Below are positions 49,710 to 60,016 of a stretch of DNA of 64,000 bases, one piece after another. The stretch lies in NCBI GenBank assembly GCA_963711565.1, contig CAVQEQ010000001.1, forward strand, positions 512,001 through 576,000, given 5' to 3'. The DNA is from an uncultured delta proteobacterium (GTDB lineage: Bacteria > Desulfobacterota > Binatia > Binatales > Binataceae). Within the stretch, counting starts at the first letter, position 1, and each line of letters begins with the position of its first letter. The notes below the pieces were generated by a model. It saw only the letters and a program-made list of their open reading frames with translations, ran no database searches and had not been told where the DNA came from. A program made the translations under genes and the position numbers.

Positions 49710-51542
49710 ATGTGCGGAATAATCGGATATGTCGGACCGAGCGAGGCCTACCCAATCCTGCTCGAAGGACTCGGCCGTCTGGAGTATCGCGGGTACGACT
49801 CAGCCGGCGTCGCAACAATCGTCGATAGCGGCAAGCTCGAAATTCGCCGCGCCAAGGGCAAGCTCGAAAACCTGCGCCACCTGCTGGCGGAGGCGCCGCT
49901 GCAAGGCCATATCGGAATCGGGCACACGCGATGGGCCACGCACGGCCGCCCGTCCGAAGAAAATGCGCATCCGCACAAAGCCGGCCCGGTCGCCGTGATT
50001 CACAACGGCATCGTCGAGAATTTCGTCGATCTGCGCGCCGAACTGCTCGCTCGCGGCCACAAGCTCCGCTCCGAAACCGATACCGAGCTGATTTCGCATC
50101 TGATCGAGGAGAAGCTCAAAACCGGTCTCGGCCTGACCGAGGCTGTGCGCGAGGCCGTCCTGCGAATCCGCGGTTCGTTCTCGATCGTCGTGCTCTCGGA
50201 AACCGAGCCCGGCAAGCTGGTCGCCGCCAAGACCGCGACGCCGATGGTGTTGGGGCTCGGCGACGGCGAAAACTTCATCGCGTCGGATATTCCAGCGATT
50301 CTCGAACACACGCGACGCTCGATGGTCCTCGAGGACGGCGAGCTGGCCGAGGTCACCGCCAACGCAATCCGGCTGATGAAGTTCGACGGCACCGCGGTCA
50401 CTCGCGCGCCGCGTCAAGTGGAATGGGATGCGGTCGCCGCGACCAAGGCCGGCTTTCGGCATTACCTGCGCAAGGAAATCAGCGACCAGCCGCAGGCATG
50501 GATCGACACGATGGCCGGACGCGCCGATGGCGGTTCGTCCGTCGTGCGCTTCGACGGCGAGCTGCTGCCGGCGGGCGGCCCCGCGTCGATTGGGCGAATC
50601 GTGATGCTGGCGGCGGGCGCGTCATGGATTACCGCGCAAGTCGCCAAGTTCATGATCGAAGATCTCGCGGGGATTCCGGTCGAGGTCGATTACTCGTCCG
50701 AGTTCCGCTACCGGCGGCCTCCGATCGACGAGCGCACCATGATCATCGCCGTGTCGCAGTCGGGCGAGACGGCCGACACCATTGCAGCGATGGAAGAAGG
50801 GCGCGCGCGCGGGGCGCATCTGCTGGCAATCACCAACACCGTGGACTCGTCGATAGCGCGCAAGGCCGACGCGCAGCTGTACACGCGATGCGGTCCCGAG
50901 ACGAGTGTCACGACAACCAAATGCTTTCTCACGCAGCTCGAGGCTTACTACCTGTTCGCGATTCATCTGGCGGCGCGGATGGGACGGTTGTCCGACGCCG
51001 ACGCGGACAAGCTGCTGCAGCCGGCGTTCGCGATTCCCGGACAAATCAAAACTATCTTCGAGAGCGAGCCGAATATTCAGGCGATCGCGCGCAAGTACGC
51101 GCAAGCGCGAGACTTCTTGTTCCTTGGACGCGGCATCAACTATCCAATCGCGCTCGAAGGTGCGCTCAAGCTGAAGGAAATTTCCTACATCCACGCCGAG
51201 GGTTACTCGGCGGGCGAAATGAAGCACGGTCCGATCGCGCTTATCGACGAGAAGATGCCGGTGGTGGTTATAATTCCCAACGACGACCTGTTCGAGAAGT
51301 CGATGTCGAATCTCAAGGAGGTCGAATCGCGCAACGGCCGGATTATCGCAGTGACCAATCATGCGACCGCGGAGCTGAAGAGCGTCGCCGCGGAAATTAT
51401 CGAAGTGCCCGAGACCAATCGCATGCTCACTCCGGTGCTGATGACGGTGCCGCTGCAGTTGCTCGCGTATCACATAGCTTCGGAACGCGGGACCGACGTC
51501 GATCAGCCGCGCAATCTCGCTAAGTCGGTGACGGTCGAATAG
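49710..51542 (+). CDS. glmS: Glutamine--fructose-6-phosphate transaminase (isomerizing)
   Basis: MCGIIG, EYRGYDSAG, HTRWATHG, SQSGETAD, PRNLAKSVTVE; AAGGAG RBS. Confidence 0.98.
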   Translation: MCGIIGYVGPSEAYPILLEGLGRLEYRGYDSAGVATIVDSGKLEIRRAKGKLENLRHLLAEAPLQGHIGIGHTRWATHGRPSEENAHPHKAGPVAVIHNGIVENFVDLRAELLARGHKLRSETDTELISHLIEEKLKTGLGLTEAVREAVLRIRGSFSIVVLSETEPGKLVAAKTATPMVLGLGDGENFIASDIPAILEHTRRSMVLEDGELAEVTANAIRLMKFDGTAVTRAPRQVEWDAVAATKAGFRHYLRKEISDQPQAWIDTMAGRADGGSSVVRFDGELLPAGGPASIGRIVMLAAGASWITAQVAKFMIEDLAGIPVEVDYSSEFRYRRPPIDERTMIIAVSQSGETADTIAAMEEGRARGAHLLAITNTVDSSIARKADAQLYTRCGPETSVTTTKCFLTQLEAYYLFAIHLAARMGRLSDADADKLLQPAFAIPGQIKTIFESEPNIQAIARKYAQARDFLFLGRGINYPIALEGALKLKEISYIHAEGYSAGEMKHGPIALIDEKMPVVVIIPNDDLFEKSMSNLKEVESRNGRIIAVTNHATAELKSVAAEIIEVPETNRMLTPVLMTVPLQLLAYHIASERGTDVDQPRNLAKSVTVE

Positions 51543-51562
51543 TGTAGGTCCAGGTTAATGCG

Positions 51563-52180
51563 ATGGAGGAAACCCGGACTGGTCTATCTGGCACTTCTAG
51601 TAGCGTTCCTTCCAAGACGCCCCGGCAGCTGCAGGCGATCCTCGACCTGCTCGGCATCGACGACGAGGCTGATGCTGTCAAAGGCGACAAGCCGGAAAGG
51701 ATCCTGAGCCTTCTGTATCGCTTCCTGGACATATTGGACGCAAAGACTTCCTATTTACTGAGCTTCAACTCGATCATTGTGGCCGCACAGGTATTCGTGG
51801 CGGGGGCAACGTTTCAGCCGATAGGCGGCGCTTCCAAGAGAGCACCTGCGTGGATGGAGATCGCGCTGTTTTTGTTTGTGCTAGTACCTTTGTTTGGCAC
51901 GATGGAGGGGATGAATGTCTTTCGAGTCGAGTTCCGCTTCCTGAATTGGCAGCAGCCCAGTGCGCTGCGAAAGGATCGCCGTGAAATGGAACCGGCCATG
52001 TGGAAGGAGTTCTGCAGGCTGGCCGATATCTGTGACCAGCGCTACCTTGCCAACACTCGCGTCTGGTATGTCACTTTGATTTCGGCGATCTTGCTCGGCT
52101 TATCGGTGTTTTCGGTGGCTGCCTTGATCGTGTTGGACAGGTGGACTGAACTATGGCCGATTCTAAGCTCGATAAAGTAA
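51563..52180 (+). CDS. 3-TM membrane protein, Pycsar effector (PycTM/DUF5706)-like
   Basis: Helix LDAKTSYLLSFN leading into TM1, TM2, a soluble loop, then LADICDQRY preceding TM3. Family assignment is by eye. Confidence 0.55.
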   Translation: MEETRTGLSGTSSSVPSKTPRQLQAILDLLGIDDEADAVKGDKPERILSLLYRFLDILDAKTSYLLSFNSIIVAAQVFVAGATFQPIGGASKRAPAWMEIALFLFVLVPLFGTMEGMNVFRVEFRFLNWQQPSALRKDRREMEPAMWKEFCRLADICDQRYLANTRVWYVTLISAILLGLSVFSVAALIVLDRWTELWPILSSIK

Positions 52181-52638
52181 CTGCGGTAAGTTTCGATAAG
52201 CTATCCAGACGGGACCGCGAGCTTCTGCAGAAGGCGCGCTCGATGGTGCAGCGTGCCTACGCTCCGTACTCGCGCTTCGGCGTTGGCGCCGCGGTGCGCA
52301 CGACCTCGGGAGCGATTTATTCCGGCGCTAACATGGAAAACGCGGCTTACGCTGTGACACTCTGCGCCGAAACGTCAGCGTTGCAGCAAAGCCTCGCCGC
52401 AGGAGACTTCAAGATAGAGTCGATCGCAGTGATCGGTGGTCCACTGGATGGCACCGGCGGGCGAGAAATCGTCACGCCATGCGGAAGATGTCGCCAGTTG
52501 ATCTTCGAGGCATCTCAGCTATCGGGAAAGGACGTCAGCGTGCTCTCGTCCAACGCGGACATGAGTAAAATCCTCCTGCTGCCAATCTCCGCGTTGCTTC
52601 CACACGGTTTCGGTCCAAAGAATCTCGCCAAGACTTGA
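52153..52638 (+). CDS. cdd: Cytidine deaminase (homotetrameric type)
   Basis: AYAPYSRFGVGAA, GANMENAAY, LCAE, TPCGRCRQ, LLPHGF. Confidence 0.92.
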   Translation: MADSKLDKVTAVSFDKLSRRDRELLQKARSMVQRAYAPYSRFGVGAAVRTTSGAIYSGANMENAAYAVTLCAETSALQQSLAAGDFKIESIAVIGGPLDGTGGREIVTPCGRCRQLIFEASQLSGKDVSVLSSNADMSKILLLPISALLPHGFGPKNLAKT

Positions 52639-52668
52639 GCGCGTCCGGACTCTTCTCGCCACTCTTCC

Positions 52669-54786
52669 TTAAGATCGACGAACATCTCCTGGCGCGTCGG
52701 CAAGGCAATTCAATATGAATTGATATTCCATTGCGGTCTCGCGCAGCCTCTGGAAGCGGCCGGACTTTCCGCCGTGGCCGGCTTCCATGTTGACCTTGAA
52801 CAGCAGTGGATTGCTGTCGGTCTTCGTCGCGCGGAGCTTTGCTACCCACTTGGCCGCCTCCCAATAGGGGACTTGCGAGTCCCATAGGCCACTCGTTACG
52901 AGCATCGCAGCGTAGGACCTCGGTTTTACGTTGTCGTAAGGTGAGTAGGACTTCATGTACTTGTAATACAGTTCATTTTTAGGATTGCCCCATTCGTCGA
53001 ATTCGTTGGTCGTCAGTGGAATCGACTCATCCAGCATTGTCGTTACTATGTCGACGAATGGCACGTTAGCTATGATGCCGCGATAGGTCTGTGGCGCGAG
53101 GTTCGCGATTGCGCCCATCAGCAAGCCGCCGGCGCTCGCGCCTTGCACGAAAACCTTGTCTCGTGCGGCGTACTTAATCCGTACAAGATACCTGGTCACC
53201 GCTATGAAGTCGGTGAAGGTGTGTTTCTTGGTAAGTAGCTTGCCGCCTGTGTACCATGCCCGACCCATTTCCTGGCCGCCGCGAACGTGAGCGATCGCTA
53301 CAACGAATCCACGATCCATCAGGCTGACCCAATTGTGCTGAAAGGCCGGGTCAGAGCATATGCCATACGAGCCATAGGCATACTGATAGAGAGGCGCATT
53401 GCCGTCCAGCTTCGTTCCTATCCGGTATGCTACGGAGACGGGAATCAAGGCGCCGTCGCTTGCGGTGGCGCGTAGATACTCAGTCTTGTAGTTGGCGGAC
53501 TCAAATCCTCCGAGGACAGGTTCAGTCTTCAGAATCACCTTCTCGTCGGAGGCCATGTCGTACTCGTAGGTTGTTCTTGGGGTTGTCAGCGAGGTGTAGA
53601 CATACCGGACTTTAGTCGATTCGATTCCCGGAGTCCGCATTAATTCCATCACGTAGGAAGGCTCCGATGAGCCGATCATGAAGTCCTTCCTGCCGTCCCA
53701 GGATTTCACACGCAACTTCATCAGGCCGCCAGAGCGCTCGTTCACCGCGACATAACTCTTGAACACCTCATAGGTCTGGATAAACGCGTCGGCGCTCGCC
53801 GGGATAACATTCTTCCATGTTGTCTTATCGGCGACCCTGGCGACTGGTGTACGAACGAGGCGGAAATTCTCCGCCTGCCAGTTGGTGCGCACGATGAAAT
53901 CGCTTCCAAGATGATCCACCTGATACTCATGATTAGGTTCGCGTGGAATTGCGGTCTTGAAAAGAAGTTTCGGGTTTCCGGCATCGACGTAGCGCCATTC
54001 GCTTTGCGTCGTGCTTCTAAGCGCGATGAACAAGTACTTCTCGGACTTGCTTCTGATCAGACCTATATAGAAGCTATGATCACGCTCCTCGTATAAGAGA
54101 GGATCTTTCGCAAGTCGGGAGCCGAGCTCGTGCTTGCGCACCCTGACTCCGAGCAAGGTGACGGGATCCTTCTCGACGTATAGCAGAGTCTTGTTGTCAT
54201 TCGCCCAAACCAGATTGGGCTGAATGTTATCGACGGTGTCCGCAAGCATCGCGCCAGTGTCGAGATTTTTCACCTTAAGCGTGTACTGGCGGCGGCCTAC
54301 AGTGTCTTCCGCGTATGCGAGCAGACGCCCATTCGGGCTGACCGACCATGCTCCTATCTGAAAGAAAGCCTTACCCGCCGCTAACGCATTGCCGTCGAGC
54401 ATAACGTGCTCGGGCGCGCTCATCGTGCGGCGGCGTCGCGCGTAGATTGGATACTCGCGCCCACTCTCATAGCGCACGTAGTACCACCACCTGCGGCGTA
54501 GGACAGGCACGGAGGCGTCGTCCTGCTTGATGCGCCCGACGAGTTCCCCGTATAGCTCATCCTGAAGCGTACGCGAGGCCGCTAGCATCGAGTCAGTGTA
54601 GGTGTTCTCCGCGTTGAGATAGGCCAGTACTTCCTTCGCCTTACGAGTGTCGTCGCGTAACCAGTAGTAGTCATCTTTGCGCGAGCCATTGGGCGAAGGC
54701 ACCTGATGCGGCTTCCTGGCTGCAATCGGTGGCGATAGGACGGTAGCTCGAGGGGCGACCGCAGGTCGCGCGACGGTATGCGGCAT
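52669..54786 (-). CDS. ptrB: Oligopeptidase B (S9A)
   Basis: DDYYWLRD, YGSYG, HVRGG.EMG..W, GASAGG, VPFVD, EWGNP, HGGKSGRF. AAGGAGG RBS before ATG 54786. Confidence 0.92.
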   Translation of the reverse strand: MPHTVARPAVAPRATVLSPPIAARKPHQVPSPNGSRKDDYYWLRDDTRKAKEVLAYLNAENTYTDSMLAASRTLQDELYGELVGRIKQDDASVPVLRRRWWYYVRYESGREYPIYARRRRTMSAPEHVMLDGNALAAGKAFFQIGAWSVSPNGRLLAYAEDTVGRRQYTLKVKNLDTGAMLADTVDNIQPNLVWANDNKTLLYVEKDPVTLLGVRVRKHELGSRLAKDPLLYEERDHSFYIGLIRSKSEKYLFIALRSTTQSEWRYVDAGNPKLLFKTAIPREPNHEYQVDHLGSDFIVRTNWQAENFRLVRTPVARVADKTTWKNVIPASADAFIQTYEVFKSYVAVNERSGGLMKLRVKSWDGRKDFMIGSSEPSYVMELMRTPGIESTKVRYVYTSLTTPRTTYEYDMASDEKVILKTEPVLGGFESANYKTEYLRATASDGALIPVSVAYRIGTKLDGNAPLYQYAYGSYGICSDPAFQHNWVSLMDRGFVVAIAHVRGGQEMGRAWYTGGKLLTKKHTFTDFIAVTRYLVRIKYAARDKVFVQGASAGGLLMGAIANLAPQTYRGIIANVPFVDIVTTMLDESIPLTTNEFDEWGNPKNELYYKYMKSYSPYDNVKPRSYAAMLVTSGLWDSQVPYWEAAKWVAKLRATKTDSNPLLFKVNMEAGHGGKSGRFQRLRETAMEYQFILNCLADAPGDVRRS

Positions 54787-54797
54787 GGCCTCCTTTT

Positions 54798-55412
54798 TCA
54801 TTGCTGACCCAGCATTCGCATTCCAAACAACAGGCGCTGGGCTCCGGTGGCAACCTCGAGCGCGGCCATCGCATAGCAGAGGATCGGGCCTAGCGGCCGA
54901 GTGATCGCGGTCGTTTCCAAGAGTCCCAGTACCATAAAGAAGATTATGGCTTCGGTGCGTTCGAGGATTCCGGGAGGGTACTCGATCAATTTTGCGCTGG
55001 GACCTTCGAGCGCCGCTCCTACCGCCAAGAATATCGTGATATTCACGTACCAGGTTGCTACCAGAATTAGCGCGGGGAAATAGAGGGCGGGGTCGCGCCA
55101 TGCGATGCCGACTATTACGCAGGCCTCGACGACGCGATCGGCCGACAGATCGAGCACGCCGCCAAGCGGGCTGGCCGCGGCGCATTCGCGCGCGATGGTG
55201 CCGTCGAGGGCGTCACAGGCGGCACTGATTGCGAGGGACGCGATAGCCCACGTCACGTGCTCGCGCGCGAACGCGATGCCGGAAGCGATGCCGGCGAGCG
55301 CGGCGAGAGTCGTCGCGACGTTGGCGCTGATGCCGAGGCGAAAGAGCGCGCGGGCGCATCGCGATTGCGCGCGCTTGATGTCGGGGTTCGCACCTAGGAT
55401 CGTATCGAGCAT
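54798..55412 (-). CDS. CDP-alcohol phosphatidyltransferase family protein
   Basis: D.LDG.IAR.....SP.GGVLDL.ADR signature; ERTE. Confidence 0.88.
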   Translation of the reverse strand: MLDTILGANPDIKRAQSRCARALFRLGISANVATTLAALAGIASGIAFAREHVTWAIASLAISAACDALDGTIARECAAASPLGGVLDLSADRVVEACVIVGIAWRDPALYFPALILVATWYVNITIFLAVGAALEGPSAKLIEYPPGILERTEAIIFFMVLGLLETTAITRPLGPILCYAMAALEVATGAQRLLFGMRMLGQQ

Positions 55413-55474
55413 CGGATAGCCTTAATCGTGCGGCTGGCGCGCGGATTGCCAGCCGAGTTAACGTTCCAGACAGG

Positions 55475-56296
55475 ATGCGTGTTGGCAAGGGCATGATTGC
55501 AATGGGTAATCGAGGATGGATGGTCGCGGCGCTCGCGATAGTGCTGACTGTCGCGTGCGCGCGGTTCGCGTTCTCAGAGAATACCCTCAGCTTTCCGCCG
55601 ACCAATTTTGCGATACTGAATCCCGATACCCGCGCCGCGATCGGGCAAAGCCATTATCGCCTCGAAAGTACTCCCGACGGCGCCATGTTGCGCGGCGACA
55701 ATGGATACTTTGACGGTCAGATCGATATCGAGACGGCGCAGATCCGGTTGGGAGCAGGCGGCGGGCAGCCGCGGCTGACCGAATTCGACCACACCTTCTA
55801 CAACGCCGACAGGTCGCTTCTGATACGAGCTCATCTGGATGTGCAAATGGGCGCCGCAACTTGTATCGACAACACCGGTGGGCAGAACAGCGACCGTTCC
55901 GAGGTGCTCAGAATCCCGGACGACACCTGGGCGGGCGCGAGCATCGTGATTCCGATCCGCGATTTTTTGCGGGCGGGCGACAAGGGCGTGAGCCGTCCCC
56001 TGCACGTCTTCAGCTGCACGCCGGGCCCAAAGATTTACGCGATCAGCGTGAATATCGACCCGGGAAATGCGGTGTGGACGGCTTACGGGGCGGAGGCAAG
56101 ACGAGTCGAAGTGCATCCGGATTTTGGAGTGTTCAACTTCGTCGTCGCAGCCTTCGTGCCGAAGCTGCATGCGTGGTTCGATCCGAACGACGGGTGGGCG
56201 TTCGTCGGCGACGAGGCCGGCCGCTACTACAAGGGCCCGCCTATCATGCTCGTAAAGACACGCGACGGGCAGGACGGCGCGCGCCGATCGAAATAG
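55475..56296 (+). CDS. Secreted hypothetical protein
   Basis: Signal peptide WMVAALAIVLTVACARFAFS; beta-rich body. Start may be 55493 or 55502. Confidence 0.65.
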   Translation: MRVGKGMIAMGNRGWMVAALAIVLTVACARFAFSENTLSFPPTNFAILNPDTRAAIGQSHYRLESTPDGAMLRGDNGYFDGQIDIETAQIRLGAGGGQPRLTEFDHTFYNADRSLLIRAHLDVQMGAATCIDNTGGQNSDRSEVLRIPDDTWAGASIVIPIRDFLRAGDKGVSRPLHVFSCTPGPKIYAISVNIDPGNAVWTAYGAEARRVEVHPDFGVFNFVVAAFVPKLHAWFDPNDGWAFVGDEAGRYYKGPPIMLVKTRDGQDGARRSK

Positions 56297-56320
56297 CGGA
56301 ATCGCATTCCTGAACCGTAT

Positions 56321-56536
56321 CTAAAAGTGGACGATGCCCTCGCCCTCGACATGGCGCGCGGTCTTCGAGGCTTTGGGCTTTCGATATTGAAACGAGATCT
56401 TGCACCGCGGGCAGATGCCTTCGGGCTGCTGGCCGCCGCGACGGACGAGTTTGATGTAACGCACGGTTCCGTCGTCGCACAGATGACCCGCGACGGGGAA
56501 GTCGTAAACGGTGCGGACCGTGATTTTCTCGCTCAT
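56321..56536 (-). CDS. Small hypothetical protein with HxC...CPRC (zinc-ribbon-like)
   Basis: MSEKITVRTVYDFPVAGHLCDDG...GICPRCK; GAGGAG upstream. Confidence 0.55.
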   Translation of the reverse strand: MSEKITVRTVYDFPVAGHLCDDGTVRYIKLVRRGGQQPEGICPRCKISFQYRKPKASKTARHVEGEGIVHF

Positions 56537-56703
56537 TATTCCGTGGCGCTCCTCGAGTAGTAGTCTCGCATGCTTATAGTTACGCGCGACGATTTTTTTC
56601 GTTTCATTCCACGATTGCGCAGACCGAGAACGAACTCGGATTAAACACCATAATGAAATTGCGGCCTCGATCAATCCTTTTGACGATCAATCTCAAAAAA
56701 ACT

Positions 56704-59483
56704 TTATCGTCTGCGGCGCTGGGCGCGCACCTCGAACGTGACGATCTCGAACGGCTTGAGTTCGAGCGTGATTGAGCCGTCGCGCGAGCGCTTGAGGCCG
56801 GCGCGCTTCACCGAGCGTCCGGCGAGATCGACAATGCGCGCGCTGCCGCTGGCGGCGAAGGCGAAACGGGCACCCTCCGGCGTCGGCGACGCGCTGTACG
56901 CGCGTACTTTGTAGGAGCCCGCGCGCGCGAGCGGTCGGGCCGTCGAAAAAATCACCTGCGAATTGTTGCAGCTCAGCAACGAGACGGCGGAGGCGCTATC
57001 GTCGCGACGGCCGACAAAAACTCGCGGCGGCGACGTGTACGTCTCGACCCGTTGGATCAGTCCGCCGTCGAGATAGCTGCCGCGAAAGGTTGCGACCGCG
57101 AATTCGAAGCGATGCGCGCCCGGTTCCTGGGCGTCGGGAGTCGTGAGCTCGGGCCCGGCCCCGCCGCGGCGCGTCGCGAGATCGGAACGCGACAGCCACC
57201 CGACGCATCGGAGCAGAGTCAGGAGAATCGTCGAGCCCGCGGATTCGGGCCGCGCCTCGACCTCGAGGATGCCGCGGCTGACGAGCGCGGCCGAGAAGTC
57301 GGCGCCTTCGACGGCGGTGAATGTCCGATGAGGCACGGTGGGATAGATGTCTTCGGTGCCGCGCGGCTCGGACGGCGCGAGCGCGCGGCGGATTACGCCG
57401 AAGCTGGTGTCGTGTACGGAGTCGGCGGCGGCGATTGGCGTCCGCAATGCGGCGCGCAGGCGATGGTCGCGCGATCGATTGCTGACGTCGGCGATAAAAT
57501 CGACGCGGTCGAGGCCCTCGTAGAGCGTCGCGGTGAGGACGACGTCGAGTTGCTTCAGTTGCGGCGAGCGCGCGGTTCGATCCGCCGTGAGCGCCGCCGG
57601 CACGTCGAACGTCATCGAGAGTTCGAGTCGCTTGCGCACAGGACCGTCGTCGATGACGCTCGCGGAAATCGACGCGGGATTCGCGATTGCTGCGCCGTCG
57701 CCGACGGGATCGTAGTTGTACTCGTCGCCGCGATCGCCGTCGTCTTCGAAATACAACTCCAGCGCCGCGTTGCGCGAGAGATCGCGAATCTCGAGGCCTC
57801 GCGGCGTCGGCGTCAGCCGGAAGAACTCGTTCTCAATCGACGCGACCGGCTCGGGATTCGGAGGGGCGGCGGCGGAATCGTCGCGAACGAGCCGATAGAA
57901 GCTGAATCCCGCTTGCGTGAGATCGTCGGCGACGAAATTGACGGTGCATCGCGCGGCGCTGGTCGCATGGATGCGCATCGTACCCGAATCGGGAACACGA
58001 GTGCGAATCGCGTCCTTGAATTCTTCGAGATTCAGATCGCTGAACGCGGCCCGGCTCACGAAAAGGTTCACCTGCGGGCGGCCGTCAGGCGCGGCGGCAA
58101 TCTCGAAGCGATTGACCGTGCGGCCGAATACGCTCGGCTGGCTCAAGCCGCCGACTATCGATTTGAACTCGGCCGCCGGCATGTCGGAATCGAGCGCGCG
58201 CTGCTCGCGGGCGGCGTCGAGCGCGACAGGAATGCGTCGGCCGTCGGAAGTCTCGACAGCATAGCGCGCGGCCGGATCGGCGATTTCGGCCTCGCCGCTT
58301 ACGAGTGCGCATCGCGCGAACGACGGGTTGAACACCGCGATTTCGGACGCGTCGATGTTGCGGGAATTGAGGCATGCGGCGGCAGCGCGGCGCACGGCCG
58401 TCTCGGTCAGCATCGCCGCCTGATCGAATCGATAGCGCATGTCGATATGCACCTGGTTGACCGAGCATCCGCAAATCGAATCATGAGGATGGTTCTGAAT
58501 TTCGGTGCGCCACGCCATGTCGAGAAATGCGTCGAGGCCGCGCCGCGCCCGAATGTGTTGGCGAGCGCGGCGAGCGGATCGGCGTAACGCTCGAGCGCGC
58601 GGCAATTCTCGAAGTCGCGCTGCTTGATCCACGTGCGCGCGGAAGTGACGCCGGGCAGCAGATGCGAGCGCAGGGGAGAGCGTAGTTCGCCGAGATGACG
58701 CGGCGTGCCGTCGAGCGGAAGATCGGCGAGGCGGCGGACGTAGTTCTCGAGCGAGCCGATCTCGAAGGTCATCGCGGAGATCTCGCGCGCCTCGTTGATT
58801 CGCGCGGAGAGGCGCGCGTCGGGCTCGGCGTGGTCGGTGCCGGTCATCACGAGGATTGGCGTGCCGGCGGCGAAATCGCGCTCGCGGCTCGCGATCCGTT
58901 CGGCACGCGCGACGAAGCTGTCGACCGATTCGAGCGGCAGATTCGCGCCGTTCGAGTAGCCGTTGGGCATATAGACCGTCAGCACCGAACTGCCGTCGAG
59001 CGCCTCCCAGGTGAAGCGATTGCGATTGACGTCCGCGCCGACGCCGCGCCAAAGCACCGCGGTCGTGAATCCAAAGCCGGCAAGAATCTGCGGCATCTGC
59101 GCGATGTGCCCAAACTGATCAGGCAGGTAGCCGACGTCGAGCGGACGGCCGAAGCGGTGCGCGATAGCCATGCCAATTTCGAGATTGCGAATGAGCGACT
59201 CGCCGCTGACCAGGAAACTGTCGGCGAGCACGTACCACGGCCCGACCTGGATTTTGCCGGCGCGAATCAGGCTGCGCAGCCGCGCCTCTGCGCGCGGGCG
59301 CATCTCCAGATAATCGTCGAGCACGATGGTCTGTCCATCGAAGTGAAACGACGGGATCGTGCCTCGCTCGACCAGCGGGATCATGCGATCGGCCATCGTG
59401 ACCAGCCGCGCGCGCATCTGCTGAAACGGCTGATACCATTCGCGATCCCAATGCGTATGAACGACGAAATACAGTTGATCCAT
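56704..59483 (-). CDS. GH38 alpha-mannosidase / mannosylglycerate hydrolase-like, frameshifted near 58540
   Basis: HTHWDREWY, F.FDGQ, GPWY, GYLPDQFGH, continuing in another frame as NHPHDSICGCS, DRGDEYNY, DHRLRA, TLLRCVGWLS. Confidence 0.88.
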
Positions 59484-59494
59484 AAATTTGCTGC

Positions 59495-59941
59495 TCAGGC
59501 GGGTCGCCGTGGAACGAGAATTTTGCGGCGCAGGATCATTATTTCTTCGCGGCGCTGATTGAGGCCGCGCGTCTCGACGTAGATAACGCCGCGATCGGTC
59601 TTCGATTTCGACGCGGTGGTTTCGAGCACCGTCGTCTCCGAATACAGCGTGTCGCCGGCGAACGTCGGGCCGGTGTGACGCACCGATTCGTACTCGAGGT
59701 TCGCGATCGCGTTCTCGCTCACGTCCTTCACGCTCATGCCCACGACTGTCGCCATCACCAGCAGCCCATTGACCAGCGGCCGGCCATGCTGCGTCGTCGC
59801 GGCGTACGCGGCGTCGAAGTGAAGCGGGTTGGTGTTCATCGTCATCAGCGTGAACCAGGTGTTGTCGAACTCCGTGATAGTGCGGCCCGGCCAATGCTTG
59901 AAAGTCTGGCCGGTGATGAAGTCCTCGAAGTAACGATTCAT
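59495..59941 (-). CDS. MaoC family dehydratase
   Basis: RYFEDF..G, GRTITE.DN, NPLHFD, GDTLY.ET.V. Confidence 0.9.
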   Translation of the reverse strand: MNRYFEDFITGQTFKHWPGRTITEFDNTWFTLMTMNTNPLHFDAAYAATTQHGRPLVNGLLVMATVVGMSVKDVSENAIANLEYESVRHTGPTFAGDTLYSETTVLETTASKSKTDRGVIYVETRGLNQRREEIMILRRKILVPRRPA

Positions 59942-60016
59942 GGAGTGCGACGCCTTGTCGGGAATTATACGACAGACGCGCCGGTTGCAATTGATTGTGC
60001 TAGCTTCGTCGAGTCG

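Noticed and set aside
49931-51523. Long alternative-frame or antisense ORFs (e.g. 49931-51523, 57052-58587, 60035-61414, 44380-45624)
   Set aside because: Arg/Ala-rich shadows of real genes, as expected at high GC; no domain motifs.
51543-51562. Tn7 end after glmS
   Set aside because: TGT follows the stop, but no TnsB-site repeats, matching opposite end or tns genes are visible.
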